Assembly (NCBI GenBank): GCA_002633005.1
Contig: NMRA01000687.1
Location: 140,502 to 204,501, forward strand
Origin: Phoronis australis
Taxonomy: Eukaryota > Animalia > Phoronida
DNA length: 64,000 nucleotides
Direction of reading: 5' to 3'
The notes under the pieces were generated by a model. It ran no database searches and had not been told where the DNA came from. It saw only the letters and a list, made by a program, of their open reading frames with translations. Position numbers and translations under genes: made by a program. How positions within the stretch are numbered: the first letter of the stretch is position 1; each line of letters starts with the position of its first letter. Shown in pieces: positions 47,491 to 61,018 of the stretch.

Positions 47491-48207
47491 AATTCTATGT
47501 CAAATTCTGACTACTTTGAAAAAATGTGACGAGGAAAGAGTATCACTTGGACACACCAGCTCTGACTGAATTGATTTTGATGTTTTAAACTGAGGAAACG
47601 GAATAAGTATCTTTTTAACGATTCTTCTGTTGTGACACCGACGGGTCAAACAGTGCAGTTACCTCTGGTTGTGTGTACACAGCCTCTTTTTAAACAATCA
47701 ATTGATGACCACTGAACAACCTTTCATTACCGTCGCGCGCATGACCCGCTTCATCAAGCAATTTGCACGCGACATTGGGCCACACATCTCAAGCGAAGAT
47801 GGCTCGAAGAAAATAAACTGATAACTGTAAATCGAAATGTGTTGTTTCTGTGATCGAGGTCATAGTACTTGGATGAATCCAAGGGTTGTCAGAGAAAGTA
47901 TGTTCCCACTTTATTCTGCGTTGCTAGCAACGACATTTATATCACTGCCATCCCTTGCTCCTCTGCAAAAGTACCCGCCTATCGTAGTTTTCTGCAGACA
48001 ACCCCAGGGCATACATTCAGAAAATATCAGTTTAGGGACCAAAATTCAAATCAAGTAATGAATACATGTTCGGTTGCACCAATGCTGGCTGTAGGCTGTG
48101 AGCAAAACCAAGAGTGTCTGAATACAAAACATTGTCGACGTATGATAATACCCACAGGTGGTAGTTTAGTATTGAAACTTTACTTCAATTACGATCTTGG
48201 TATCCAT

Positions 48208-48355
48208 CAGTGGCGGATTTAGAGGAGGGCTAAGGGGGCCTAAAATTCTCCCAGGTTCCATTTGGCAGTTCGGGAGTGCGAATATCCCACGGGCAAAATC
48301 CTGGCTAATACTCTGCCCTGGCCCCCTCGAACTCAAAATCCTGGATTCACCCCTA
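48208..48355. mobile_element. Short MITE of the same CAGTGGCGGAT type
   Basis: CAGTGGCGGATTTAG ... CCTGGATTCACCCCTA with flanking duplication (TA)TCCAT. Confidence 0.8.
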
Positions 48356-48916
48356 TCCATTCCCTAAGAAACTGAGAAAAGTTGTAGGATTCAACTGTGC
48401 ATATCTTCTCAAATATATGCCTCGGACGTAAATGCGGAAATTTGCACTTATACGCAACTGGTTCTATTTGAAGATGGGCCCTTGTGCAGAAAACGCCGGT
48501 GCCAAGGTTTGCTTTTTACGTGCTGAGTATGGGGAGGAGGGGGGTCGCCATTCATTCAAAATCAAAACCAATGCAACACCTGGCGGCTCTTGGGCTAGTA
48601 CTTGGAAAGCGAGTATCCAAGAAAATGCCAAATTATGAAAAACTACCCGAAACAGTGCCCCAGTTCGCCGACCGACAACCCCACCAGCGGTTTACCTAAC
48701 CGGGGACGAGACCACCGGTACCGAAAAGCCAAAACACTCACCCCAGCGAAACGGTAACCGAGAGAGCGAAATACCTACATGAGACGCTCCTCGAGAGGGC
48801 AAAATATTCAACCGAGACCGTTATCCGAGAGGGAGAAATACTCAAACCATTGGTCGCATGTTTCTACGTCATTCAATAGTAACACATACTAGCCTTGTGT
48901 GTACATAGGAGAGACA

Positions 48917-49159
48917 CCCGGTGCTACTCTACTGTATTTTTGTGTAGTTGTAAAGTTTCGAAGGTTCAAAGTGAACCTTCTGTAGGGAATGTTGTCGGAA
49001 AATTCACTCTTTCGTAGGGATGTGTCAGAAAAGGCATCCGTTCGTAAGGATTTTCGTCAGAAATTCACCCATTCGTAGGAAACTAGACGTGAAAACGTCA
49101 CCTGTTTGAACGGCACGTTGCGTATTACCTTTTCTATCACATGAAAGTACTTCCCCTGG
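48917..49159. repeat. Element with ~31-bp internal tandem repeats (TTCGTAGGGA..GTCAGAAA)
   Basis: 3-4 diverged units at 48980-49082. CCCGG..TACT / AGTACTTCCCCTGG ends suggest a MITE. Confidence 0.55.
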
Positions 49160-52100
49160 AGGCAGGGGCCTAGTTGCCATATACCCAAATGCGTTCGTGT
49201 GTCGTTGACAAAAATGAAAGTAATAAAACTTCCGTTAGTCATAAATTAAAATTGAATTTTGTTTTGGTTATGTAGGATTCTAGAAAAATGTCCAAATTTG
49301 GCCAACTTCGGGACATCGTATCTCAGAAACTGCTGATCGGATTCAAATTAAAGTTTGAGATGCTATGCTGATACATTGTTCCCCAAAACGGTGTTAGGAA
49401 GTGTTTTTAAAATAGCTATCAAATAATAGGACTTGCATCATTTTTATGAAAAAATTAAAGTTACATAAACCAAAACGAAACGATAACTATAACCGCGTTT
49501 TTGAGATTCAATCTTAAACGAAATTTGCTCATGTTATTGATCCTGTAGTTTTGCTGTGGCTATGCCTTCCTCTTTTGCTAAACGTTTCTAAAAAGTAAGG
49601 TCACGTGACCTAATTAGTGGCAGATTGGTATAAAGTCAAAAATCAAATTTTGCGAAATTTCTATTTTCGGAGAATATTTAGTTCTGCTGACTCAAATTCC
49701 ATAGTTTTGTATATATTTGGCTAAAAACGATGATCTACGATAACCCCACTGCCAAAATTTTTGTTAACATCATCTAAGTTGCCATGAATTGTGCGCACTG
49801 TACAAAATAGCTAGCTGCGCCCCTGCCATCTTTTCCGCACCTGAGCAAACCACATGAACATCTACCGGCCTCTCTACTGCATTCGCTTGCGTTGCCGCCT
49901 GGTAGCCTTGAGATAACTTATGGCAGGTAAGTAGCGAAACGGCCTTGTTCTTAATATTGAACGAAGGGCGGGGTCCAGGGAGGAATCGACACGTGTTTTA
50001 ATATGAAATGCCTTCAGGGGAAGGACTAACTCAGGAAGTATAGATAGGTGCATAGACCGGTCTGCTTTCACGCTCTAGATCGTCAATCGATCAGTGGGCG
50101 GTCAGGGTCATTCAGTGCAAGTTGTTAGCCTAGTTAATTACCTTTAATGTACTATATTAGAAGGTGTAATGTATAATTAAATGGACTCTGTTGTTGCAGA
50201 TATCTAGGCAGGTGGGTTTTTTTGTTTACCTTGAACTCACGTTGATTTGTGATTTACATCAGTTTTGTAATATATCAGGCAACCACACTATCGGTTATTC
50301 AACGCCCCAACTCGTGACAACTTCAATGGTTTAGGTTGCTTAGCCCACTCCATGGGCAATTCAGTGGAGTGTGGACGCCGCAGTCTGTCAAACGTTTGCC
50401 TTTGTTGTATACTCAAACAATACAAGTTTCACACGGTTCAAAAACAAATATCATCTGATGAACTCAACTAGGACATAATTCGTGGGCATAAAATTTTCCG
50501 ACTAGCAAGTGCCTTAAAATGTTTTAGACATTGTTAGAAAAGTACACCGAGTTTTAAATTTGGCAACGATTGAATGTTTTAAATGCGCCCGATACTTTTA
50601 CTGCTCTGCTCTCGACGACGCCTTGTTCGATTTCGACCTTCTGAACTTTCATCTTTGTTCACACTCACAAACCTGCGTACTTACGTACTTCTTTAAAAAA
50701 ATACCTGCATTCATCAAACTTAACAATACCTGCATTCGTCGGACTTCGAATTATCTATCAGTGCTTGTTGTATTAATTCGATATTATGCAGGTGTGAGAA
50801 TAGAAAGTCCAAAAGCAAAGTGTTTAGTAAATTTTGTAAATTTGCATCGCGTTTGTAAAACGTAAAGCAATATTTGCGCTCAGTTCTGTATAAATTTCGA
50901 AGCGAAGAAGCGACACAAGCAACGTTTGTACGTACAGAAAAGACTTTTTCACCATAACTGTCTTGAAAATGACTTGCTCTGGATATCATTTATTACAAGC
51001 AAAAATGATCTGGTTGTGCTTCTCTCAGTCTTCATGGAAATAAATAATCGTACTTTTCATAATCGCACTTTTCTACATGCAATAATTTGTAGCTAGCCCA
51101 ACCGTATACGTATAAGTAGCTTGAACGTCACCAATGTGCAAGGTAGTGATGTACAAGTTTAGAACACGAATATGTCAAAGTGTCAGAAACAAGCTAGGGG
51201 GCCTTTTGTCGCATAGCAATGGAGTGAAAGGGTAAAAAACAAAAACAAAATTGAACACGCTCCTAAAAATTTCTCGGGTTTCCTATCGGTAAACATGGTT
51301 ATTTACTATGCTTGTCTCAATTGTTTTTTTTTTGTTTCCCCAATCTTTCTGCTGCGCGTGGGTTGGAACGGCGCCCAGTGTACTTGTATCTATTCTTTTA
51401 TTACGATTTCCCTTGTATAGTGTTTAAAACCTGACAAAACGTTTAACGGGTTGGAAGATAACTTTTTGAACCTCAACGTATACCACAACAGTGATTAAGT
51501 CTGTCCTAAATAATCGGCAAAACCCCAGTTACTGGGCTTCCATTGTCGCAGGCCCATGTATGCCTACCCAGCACACTTTAACACCTCTGGCGTAGACCGA
51601 GGTGACACAACAGGACACATCCGTTGGCAAGCAGATGCAGCCAGACCTTTATCATGGCGTTCATGGCTAGATCGACATTTGAAATTTTTTTAATCTATTC
51701 ATGGCCAAACACCGGCCCTCTTTTCTCTGGGAAGTTTCTCACCCCCTTAAGTCCCTGCAGTTGGCGTTTTAGTCATTTGACCACGCCTCGACACTTCACC
51801 CTTGACAGAGTCTCATAAAGTTCATTAGCACAGTTTTAACTGACCTTGCCATTTCGGCTTTATTTCTTGTCCTTTTAAGAATATTTCTCCCTTCTTTTCG
51901 TTTAGCTTTGTTGTTCACGCGATTCAAATTCTTCTGTAACCTCCATGTCATTATAATTCGGTCACTTTCCAAAACCATGAACTATACAGCCTGGCATGCA
52001 CGGTTTCGTGTTTTCCACACCGTTTGATGTACAATGATCACTTTCGGTGCGTTGAATCAACCGGCACGAATAGCCCCTGTGCATTAGTTAGATCAGAACA

Positions 52101-54506
52101 TCTTTAAGTTAGGCATTCAATTGATAGATATTAATGAAAAATGCAGCGATTGATAACGTTTCAAACTTGCGACAAAATGTTGGACTAGGGAAACCATAAA
52201 ACTGGTATCAATAAACGACTTACCTTTTGTTCTCAACCTGAAATCTGTTTCGTATAGTAAAAGTTTTCGCTTGAGATGTTTCTTGAATATAAGGCGAGTG
52301 TCGCGCGTGCCATGTGACGTCAGCGTGGTCAAGTACGTGATTGGTTGCTTTCAAGAAGCGCGTTTCATATTATGATAGGTAGTTTCTTTAAATTTTAAAA
52401 CATGTCAATACCTGTATGTCGAATAAAGAAACTCGAATAGTATTACCACTGCATGATTTTGTCGCTTACACAAAGTTTTGAAGAGGAAAAGCCAATAGGA
52501 AGGCCTGACAAGCCGCGCCTGTGGCATTGCTCAGCATTTCGATTTCACTGTCAATAATGGAAGGTCGTAACATGTAATTTGAATAATTACCCGTTCCCAA
52601 TCAGGCCTATAGCGATATGCTTTGCCAGTTCGAATGATTAAGATATCCAAAACTCACGCATCTGAGGCAGTTGATTTCATTAGGTTGATGCAAACTTCTA
52701 AATAACACATGTCGTTTATTCCAACAAATACGCCCACTTTGCCGCTTCCACACCAGACAGGTTGAACTGTACGACTTAACAATATCGAAACAATAAATAC
52801 GCCATTATAAGGGTTTAAAATGTGTTTTAAGGATGGAGGCTGTACATAATTTCTCATTCTTTGGCATACCACTAGAGGTCAACATGAAAAACAATCAACT
52901 AGAATTAGAACATGACTGAGGCACACTTTAAAATGTAACAAACTTCCTAACGAGTTAACGAAGCTGGTAATATCGTGTGGTTGATAGCAATGGGTCCAAT
53001 TTGCAAACGATTCAAGTTTGCCCAGTCTCATGCTTTTTTGACGGAAACGTTCTTGCTTTCCAATTCAACCAAGAAATCACGACAACGAAAAATCTCATCT
53101 TGCGAGAAAACTACGTGACAAATGTTTAATCATTCTCATCGATCGTGAGCAGACGGCAATTGGTTCTACAGTGGTAGTTACCGGGACCAACTGCCTGCGT
53201 CTTATTATTAGTTGGATTCTGTGGAATAGCGTTAATTAAGTAATAACTGTTATTATCTTGGAACGGGTGAGTAGCGATGACAAAAAGCCACATGTTTCGT
53301 TTACGCTTGTGCAATCCCTCAGATAAAACATGTCGAGTCGAAACAAAAACAAAAGATATTGCAATGAGAAAATTAGTAAGCGTTTAGTTACCGTTGAAAT
53401 GCTTTGATAATTTAACACTAATTGCAATTATTGCTAATTAAGATGTTATTTAAATAGAGCACGATAGCATAAATTAAATCACACACGATTCTTTGCGTGA
53501 CCTCGACTGACGAGTTTAAAGTCGTTCATCCTCGTCTCTTGATGTAGCCTACATGTAAAAAAGTTACCACCACATTGTTCATTATGAAATGTCTGGGCCC
53601 GGTTGCATTAAAGTCATATTCTGGGTAGTAACAACGACGTCTCCTTGTCACGCGTTAAGTTGCTATGCGGATGTTTAGTGATGTCGTGTCTGCCACTGTT
53701 ATGACGCAATTTGGGCCCGCAAATAGGAATGGCAATGCACAGTCACATCACATTTTCAAAAAAATCGCAGCTCTCGGATTTTCCCTATCCGGTAACCATG
53801 TGTTTGGAATTTGCAGACAATGATTGCACCCGTTGTGTGTCCCCAGGGCGTTCAGAAGGGTTAAGATTGGTCGGGTACATAGGCCAGTAATAATTTTCAG
53901 ATACTTATGAACAGAACTACAAAAGCCTTTAAGGAATTGATTTTAAAATTTTCCAGTTTGCGTTTTTGTGATTTTATTACATACAAATCGCCAATTCTCG
54001 ACGTTATGTGTCAGACATTTGCTGAAACCAAGGCTGGTGACTGCTAGTTACCGACGACCAAAGACATTTTCCCTTCATTTTAGTGAAAAACTTCATCAAA
54101 CGGATTTTATTCCAAGTTCTTTTAATCGAAACTTAAGCCCAACCAATGCTCATTCAACACTACTCAAATATTTTCAAACTAAACTGAAATCAACATGAAA
54201 TTTTAGTTTAATTTTTAGTGATGCACTGCCACCTAAAATAGCCTCGATAGTGAGTGACAGCTGACTCGTGCATTATGGGTACGCACTCAACTGCTGCCAT
54301 ATGTACATGTAACAAGGTCTCCGCGGAAACCCGACCACTTTTAAAAACACTAAAAATAATAGTAAAATGAGACAAACACAAAAAGGCATGAAAGTTACGA
54401 AATGTTTACATTTCAGTGATATTGACGAAACTCATCCTTTGTTTTAAATTGGTAAGTGTACCGAAAAGAGTATCTTTAAAAAAAAAAAAACATTACCATT
54501 TATCTA

Positions 54507-54570
54507 GTGGGATTTAACTCAGCGGCAGAGCGTTTGACTGCGAGTGCGAGGGTTCGATCCCGTGCTTGGC
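54507..54570 (+). pseudogene. tRNA-derived sequence, tRNA-Cys-like 5' half, internally shortened
   Basis: TAACTCAGCGGCAGAGCGTTTGACTGC resembles tRNA-Cys TAGCTCAGTGGTAGAGCATTTGACTGCA. B box GGTTCGATCCC. Too short and unpaired for a functional cloverleaf. Confidence 0.6.
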
Positions 54571-57500
54571 TTTATCTCTCATAATGTCGCTTTAAACAAA
54601 ACCAACGAATTGTATTGACCTTTGGAATTTTGAGGTGTACTTTCACCTAAAGAGACATTATCGGCAAGAACGTAATTTACAGAAATCAAAAGTAACTCGT
54701 AATACAATGCAGAACTCCGCATTAGCAGCGGAACGCCTGGTCGCTGAGTCAAATCCCACTGGGCTAAAAAGCAGAATATTTTTAGCGTATTTAAATGGTA
54801 AAGGCACCGGTTTTTATTTCAGGTGATTGGTAACAAAATCACGAAAAACAACACATTTTGTTGTTTTGTGGCTCTGGTTAAAGGTTATAACGTCAAGAAG
54901 TCTGTCTCACCCAGCAATGATTCCAAAATGTGTTTTCGGTCGTAAACACTTCAAGTAATATATCATTGCGTCAAAGGAACGAAGTTTTGTTTTAGAACAC
55001 TTAAGCCCTACAAAATCGGTTCCCTACTTTGAAGTTGTTTCTTTGCTTTGAAAATTAACACTTATCGCTCAAGATAATGCTCGGGATGCATAAAATGGCA
55101 CGCCGGGGCGTCAACCCATCTTGTTGAGCCTGGTTGCGAGCTGTAGCCAACTGAAAATCTCCTTGTACAAGAGTAAAGAACAAGGCGAGACCAACTTCAG
55201 AATTGTAAGTGTTCTAAATTTAAACTATGTTTGACAGAATATGGGGTTTTGCAGCTTTAAACACGTTGGTGTTGATTTCGACACATTTCTATTTTGCAGC
55301 TTTAAATGCAAATGCAATATTGTGACCGATAGAAAAGGACATCAGAAAATTGATAATGTAAAGCAGACAGAATGGAGCAGATTGGGAAAAAACGTAATGA
55401 AATTAGAAGATTAACACAAACATCATCGTTCTACCAGGAAATACTGGTATTATTATCCCTCTGCAGCATATCGAAATTTCATAGTATGTGCGAACTATGG
55501 TCATGGTAAGAGTTACTTTGAATGCAATGACTTGCCAGTCTTTCATCGTAAATATTCATAGATGAACACACAAATGTTTCACGCTGGTCTGAACCTCATC
55601 ACAAGTAATCTGTCAAATATCAATCCGTCGCTCGCTGTCAATAACCAAGCAGGAAGTGCCAGCGCCGCACAATGACGATGGCAGTATCACACAAGCTAGC
55701 TCGGTCTCGATTCAAGTGTGCAAAAAACAAACGCAGTCGGGGGGTATGGGGTGTTATCGTATATTGAAAATGTATGGACACGAAATTCGTGTGTGCGTAT
55801 GCCACAAAATTAAGAAATATCAAAACATTTCTGCATTCTATGAAAGTAGCTGTGTTCATATTACCGTCTTAATCGTCATTTCGAACTATGAATGATCACC
55901 GTAAGATTCAGGTTAAAACCTGAAGGAAACCTGAAGGTTACGTCGCCACTTCATTATTCGGCTGAGTAAAATGTTGTCCGGGACACCTGCTGAGACAGCA
56001 CGAGCGGATTGTGGGTCGAGTCATATTGTATTGTATAGTCGTTTGGCAGTTGCATGTGTGGTGTCCCGAGATTGCGGAACATTCAAATAACATTTATGTC
56101 ACAAAAACAGCCAACGAGAAATCGCCATTCTATACTTCTACTTGACATAATTTATTGACTCTTATTGGCTGTTGATATAATCCTGGAATGTACACGGCGT
56201 TGCTGGAAATGATTTTTTCGTTACTCGCTCCCGATTGTTTTCGCATTAATTCAGCTTGCATGGGAGATAGGACGATGTATAATAATACGCTTTTATAACA
56301 GTTTTATCATCGGCTTTGGTTTCTCTATTCTATTTTTGTACAGATGAAATGGACACACCAATGGCTGTGTCGCTGCACGTATTAACGCCAGTCACTATAC
56401 GGTGTCCTCGAGTCGCCTCACCAAATGTGGCACTCAACACTTTTCGTCATTTTTGCCTCCCAAGGTAAGGTGAACTAAGCCTGAAAGCAATTTATTTCTT
56501 TTTTATAACAAAACCACAATCTGGCGATATCTACGGTCTAAAATAATTGCATTCAAAGTGCGATTTTTACTTTTATGGCTTCAGCAGACCGACCATGCTA
56601 AAAAAACGGCCAAAATAAAAAAATGACAGTTTTCAACCCAGAGCCACGATCTGCATGCGACTACTGGCACCAGTAGATAACACATTGCCAAAATATATAC
56701 CGCATTTGGAGATGTACGAATCGTCAGTAAGATAAGGTCAAAACATTTTTGGTTCTGACATATGTAGCCTACGTGATTTTTGAATATTAAGTGTATGGTC
56801 AGGTCTTTATAATTGCACACTTTTTCTAACCGAGCAAAAATACGGGACTTTTCTACTCAACTCTCTTCAGATTCGGGTGAAGGGATACCTGACGGCACTC
56901 TTGCCAGTGGTTGGTAGCTGAAGTCCTCCATTTATTCCCATTGGCAATAGCTAACATGGAAATGGCGTCACAAGGCAGCGTGTTACCACGGCGATAAAAA
57001 ACATTATTTAAAGCAAATTTAACAAACAAAAGATTTTATAACCTAAAGAAAAGTGTTTGATGAATAAAATTTTAAAGTCAACACCTCGTCTTCCCGCTAC
57101 GTTTGCTCTGGAAAATTTATTCGCGTATTTAGCATGACGTCATTTTGACGTTTTGGGCCCAGTCAAATGGAAACAAATTGTTAACATCAGTAAATATTTT
57201 AGTCAGATATACGTATCGATAGAAATCATTTAAGATTTGGAAAATCATTACTTGGCTATGAACCTGGAAAAAAGCTTATTCCTTCTCAACACCCTAGGAA
57301 CATAGAATGGATGCAACAGTTGTCGAAGCACATTTTTTCATCCAAACACGTAATTTTGTAAAGATTTAAAGTGCTAATTTGCGCCCGGGCTTAATCCAAG
57401 ACCTACAAACTTTTTTGAAAATGTGAAATGTGACTGTGCATGTCTATTCCAATCTGTAGATCAGAATCGCGTCGTCTAAGTGGCAGTTTACGTCATCACT

Positions 57501-58128
57501 AAACAAATGAATGGACTTGACTGCAACGCAGACGATTTATGACTGCGCAACAAATTTCACTCGAAAGATAGTTGAACTAGTTGGCTAGAGTTTGTTGCTC
57601 GGATCTAGGGATCATCAAGCACAATTTAAACTAGAAACGTATGATGTAAACCATAATATACTCGATCGCATGCTGAAGGCCATTTATCTTGAATTCGAAG
57701 AAAAATAAAAGGGACAATGTCTAAAGCAATTTTGAGTTCTATTTCGATTACAAAGTTTGGACCCCTACCCCACGTCTCGCAATGAGTCGGGGTATAGATC
57801 AGGAGCCGCTATGCTTTTTGACCTAATACACGCTAGTGATGTTGGTTTGCTAGTAACTTGCTGTCACCATACCAGGTGGCGACACCGGTTAGGCCTCGAG
57901 TCGGCCAGCCAAGAACTATCAAACAAAAAATCGTGGAAATTGACGGCGGCTATCCGAAGAACCGTTTTGAATTGACAATTTTTTGAGAATAAGAGAAACA
58001 ACAGAAATGATGCCTACTTAGTAAAAACATAATGGGGCTATTCGGAGAATTCTCCTCGCGGTGTCCCTGCTGTACTAGTGGTGATTGGATTGCGCATGCG
58101 TCGCTGTCTGCATGTAAACAGATGGTAA

Positions 58129-58993
58129 AAGGACGGAATTGGTATCAAAAGACGTCGTCGCGCTAAGCCTTATTATTGCTTTTTTCCTTGGTGCAAGTCT
58201 TCGACAGGTGGTCAGAAATTCCCAAAAGACCCAAGGATACTACATTCGGTCAAAAGGGTCAACCAACTTACAAAAAGTGTGTGCTCTATGCATTTCCACT
58301 GGGAGACTACATAACGTTACTTGGTATCGTTCGATGATGTTGTCCCCACCTGTTACCCCACTAAATAACGAGTTTATGGTGAGGAACTAAGTTTTTCGTT
58401 CCGGAAACTCACCCGGGACTCGGATGCCGAATAGGCTAGCAGCACATAATCACATATTGTCCTGGATGGGAGTGCACCCAATATAAGAGGTGTGTGGTAC
58501 GTGACGCTCAGAAGTCAAGGGTGACTTTTTCACAGCAGTTTCTCTTCAAAACTATACTACGTCCAATAAAACTCTCTAGATGAGTGAGCTTCCTTATTTT
58601 ATAGCAAACTCCACCCCCAGGACTACCAGATTAGTTACCCAACTAACATGAATAAGCTATTCAGTAAAAATCGTAACATTGCATTGGAATAAAAATTGAC
58701 ACCCAGATTGAATTTTACTTGAGATCAGAAGCGCATTTTAGGTGTCATGAAAAATATACATTGTTAAATCACTTTTAGCCTGTTTCATATATTTTAATTC
58801 AGATCTTAAATAAGACTTGGATACAAAGATTATTAGTTTCTACATATAAACATGAAGATGAAACGTCAAGTATGTTCTACCTTACAAAAGTAGTTTTGTC
58901 TTGTGTTTTCTTTTATAATTTTCTAATGTTTCTCTGTTACAGGTGAGAGAAAACGACTGAAACCAGCCGCCTGGCCGTCTATTTTACATTTGG
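58129..58993 (+). pseudogene. THAP zinc-finger remnant, two exons (~58129-58323 and 58943-58993)
   Basis: YYCFFPWCKSSTGGQKFPKDP...VCSMHF is the C-x4-C...C-x2-H THAP signature. After a frameshift, GDYITLL|G-ERKRLKPAAWPSI gives an AVPTIF-like box across a GT..AG intron. Stops and frameshifts present. Confidence 0.8.
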
Positions 58994-59993
58994 GTAAAGT
59001 GAAAAGCAATCCTTCAGCAATAACCTGAGAGAATTGATAATTCATAAATGTACTCGATATGCCTGGTTATGGACTCCGTTGCATTGGGAAACTTACAATC
59101 GTTTTTAATGTTTTTTTTTGTATGTATGTATGTGGTTGTTCAGTTTGCTATTTTGTTTTTAAATACACTGATAATTGTTTATTCTCGAATATTGTGAATA
59201 GGAGGTTCTTATCCAGCTAGCTACAATTGAAAACATACTTTTCCTGCATGTGGAACTTTTGTTCATAAATTCAACACAAAACTTAAAATTGTTTAAAGGC
59301 TTTATTAAGAAAGCTCTAAAAATAATTACACACACAAACAAATCAAATGCAAACAAAGGGAATACTTCATTTTGATCGCTGCACATTTCTATAGGTCAAC
59401 AGGAAAATGACAATTCGCCAGCGTATTCGGTAATCATTTCAGTTTTATAAAGAATAAGCACAACTGCACTGTATGGGGCTTTAAAACTGAAGAAATATTG
59501 TTATTTCAATAATTAGTGACAAACTTGCCTGTTGATGCAAAATTTATTCGATCATCAAAGGGTAACATTAACTGGCTTTCTACTGACAATAAGACAATCT
59601 ATGTAATTTCCCCATAATGTGTATCAAAGTTTTTGCAATTAATATAGAGCCTTCCTTCTGAAAGGAAAAGTTAATGTCACTCAATGAGAAAGGACAGGTA
59701 TTTACACCAGATGCTTTTGGTTTTCATTTCACTGGGATCTAGTTTCAATGGCCTGCAGAAACGCTTGTAAAAAGGTCCAGTTTCGGCACGTGACTTTCCT
59801 TCATGTAACCTCATTCAGCCGCAATAACATCCGCAATTTGATCCTTGAAGGTACACACAGCAGCATATCACTTGACTCATTTTGTGCCCAAAGTCTGACC
59901 CTGAACTAGACCAGAGTGTCACTAGGTCTTCTTTAGCTTCAGTCCCTCATGTTTCTTCCAGGAAAGAAAATAAGCTATTGTCCACACATGACT

Positions 59994-61018
59994 CATAGGC
60001 GGATTTAGGGAGGGGCCCAGGGGGCCCGCTCCCCCCCCCCCTTGGCTGCCGCAAAAAAATGAAACAGTAAGAGCGTAGGGAAATGGTGAGTTTATTAATT
60101 AACCCTGGTAATTAAAATTGTACGGATGAAAAAAGATTTAACTGTGTGCAGTTTAAGTGTTGGGGGGGGGGCTCAAACCCAATTTCAAGTGTCAAATTCG
60201 GAACACGGCGCATTCGTAACGGAACTATGGCTAAGTATAGGCTCTCCCGCGATATCCCAGGCGACCGGCAGTGGCGCTGCGCACTACGACTCCGTTTTCG
60301 TCGTCTGCTCCACTGTGCAATGAAGAAAATTTACTTCATTTTTTAAAGAGAATGGAACCTGAGTGACGATGAAAAAACAGAAGCTGCTGGTAAGATGTGA
60401 ATTTTAATCGAAGCCTTAGTGAATCACTCAGAAACTCGCAATACTCTCTTTGTCAAACCTTATCTTAAGACGATTTCCAAAGCAATCCCGTCATTATTGC
60501 CAACACGAAAAACGGATTTGGTCTTTTGGGCATTTGAAGACTATTTTAAATACGACAAATTTGTTAAGAATTGATGGCACAAAATATAAAACGTGTAATA
60601 AGCATTACGAAAAGAATTAGGTTTCGCGCGCAAACGCTGTGGACCATAAACAAGTAGGTCTTTTAGTATGAGATTAGTAGTTAAATCGTGGTGGTGTAGT
60701 GGTAACGCACGCGCTCTCTATCCGCCAGGTCGTGAGTTCGAGTCTTTGGTACGTTCAGTTTTTCCTGTTTGACACGTTCTCCGTGTTTTTTTTTTTTTTT
60801 TCCTTTTTTTCTTGGATAATACTTCAGGAATCAAGGAAAATGCTTGATTTTTAGAGGTAAAAACAGAAAAATTTCCTGGGCGGGAGGGGGGCAAACCCCC
60901 CTCCCGACCTCCCCCCATTCGGTGCTATGCGCATCTACAATCGTGGTTCAGTTTGCGCAAATGCTTACAGCCGGACAAAATGTTGGGCCCCCCTTGTGAT
61001 ATCCTAGATCCGCCACTG
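59994..61018. mobile_element. Non-autonomous DNA transposon/MITE (CAGTGGCGGAT-type TIR) inserted in the YqaJ exon
   Basis: Left CATAGGCGGATTTAGG, right CCTAGATCCGCCACTG, GGGCCC subterminal repeats, flanking duplication TGACT(CAT). YqaJ similarity resumes on both sides. Confidence 0.85.
60686..60753 (+). pseudogene. tRNA-derived sequence (SINE head or pseudo-tRNA) inside the MITE
   Basis: A-box-like TGGTGTAGTGG and B-box GAGTTCGAGTC, followed by T tracts. Acceptor and anticodon stems do not pair well. Confidence 0.6.

Noticed and set aside
48980-49082. Regularly spaced ~31-bp repeats resembling a CRISPR array
   Set aside because: Eukaryotic DNA, diverged tandem units without unique spacers, no cas genes.
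54507-60753. Functional tRNA genes at 54507 and 60686
   Set aside because: A/B boxes are present but the cloverleaf stems do not pair; treated as tRNA-derived.
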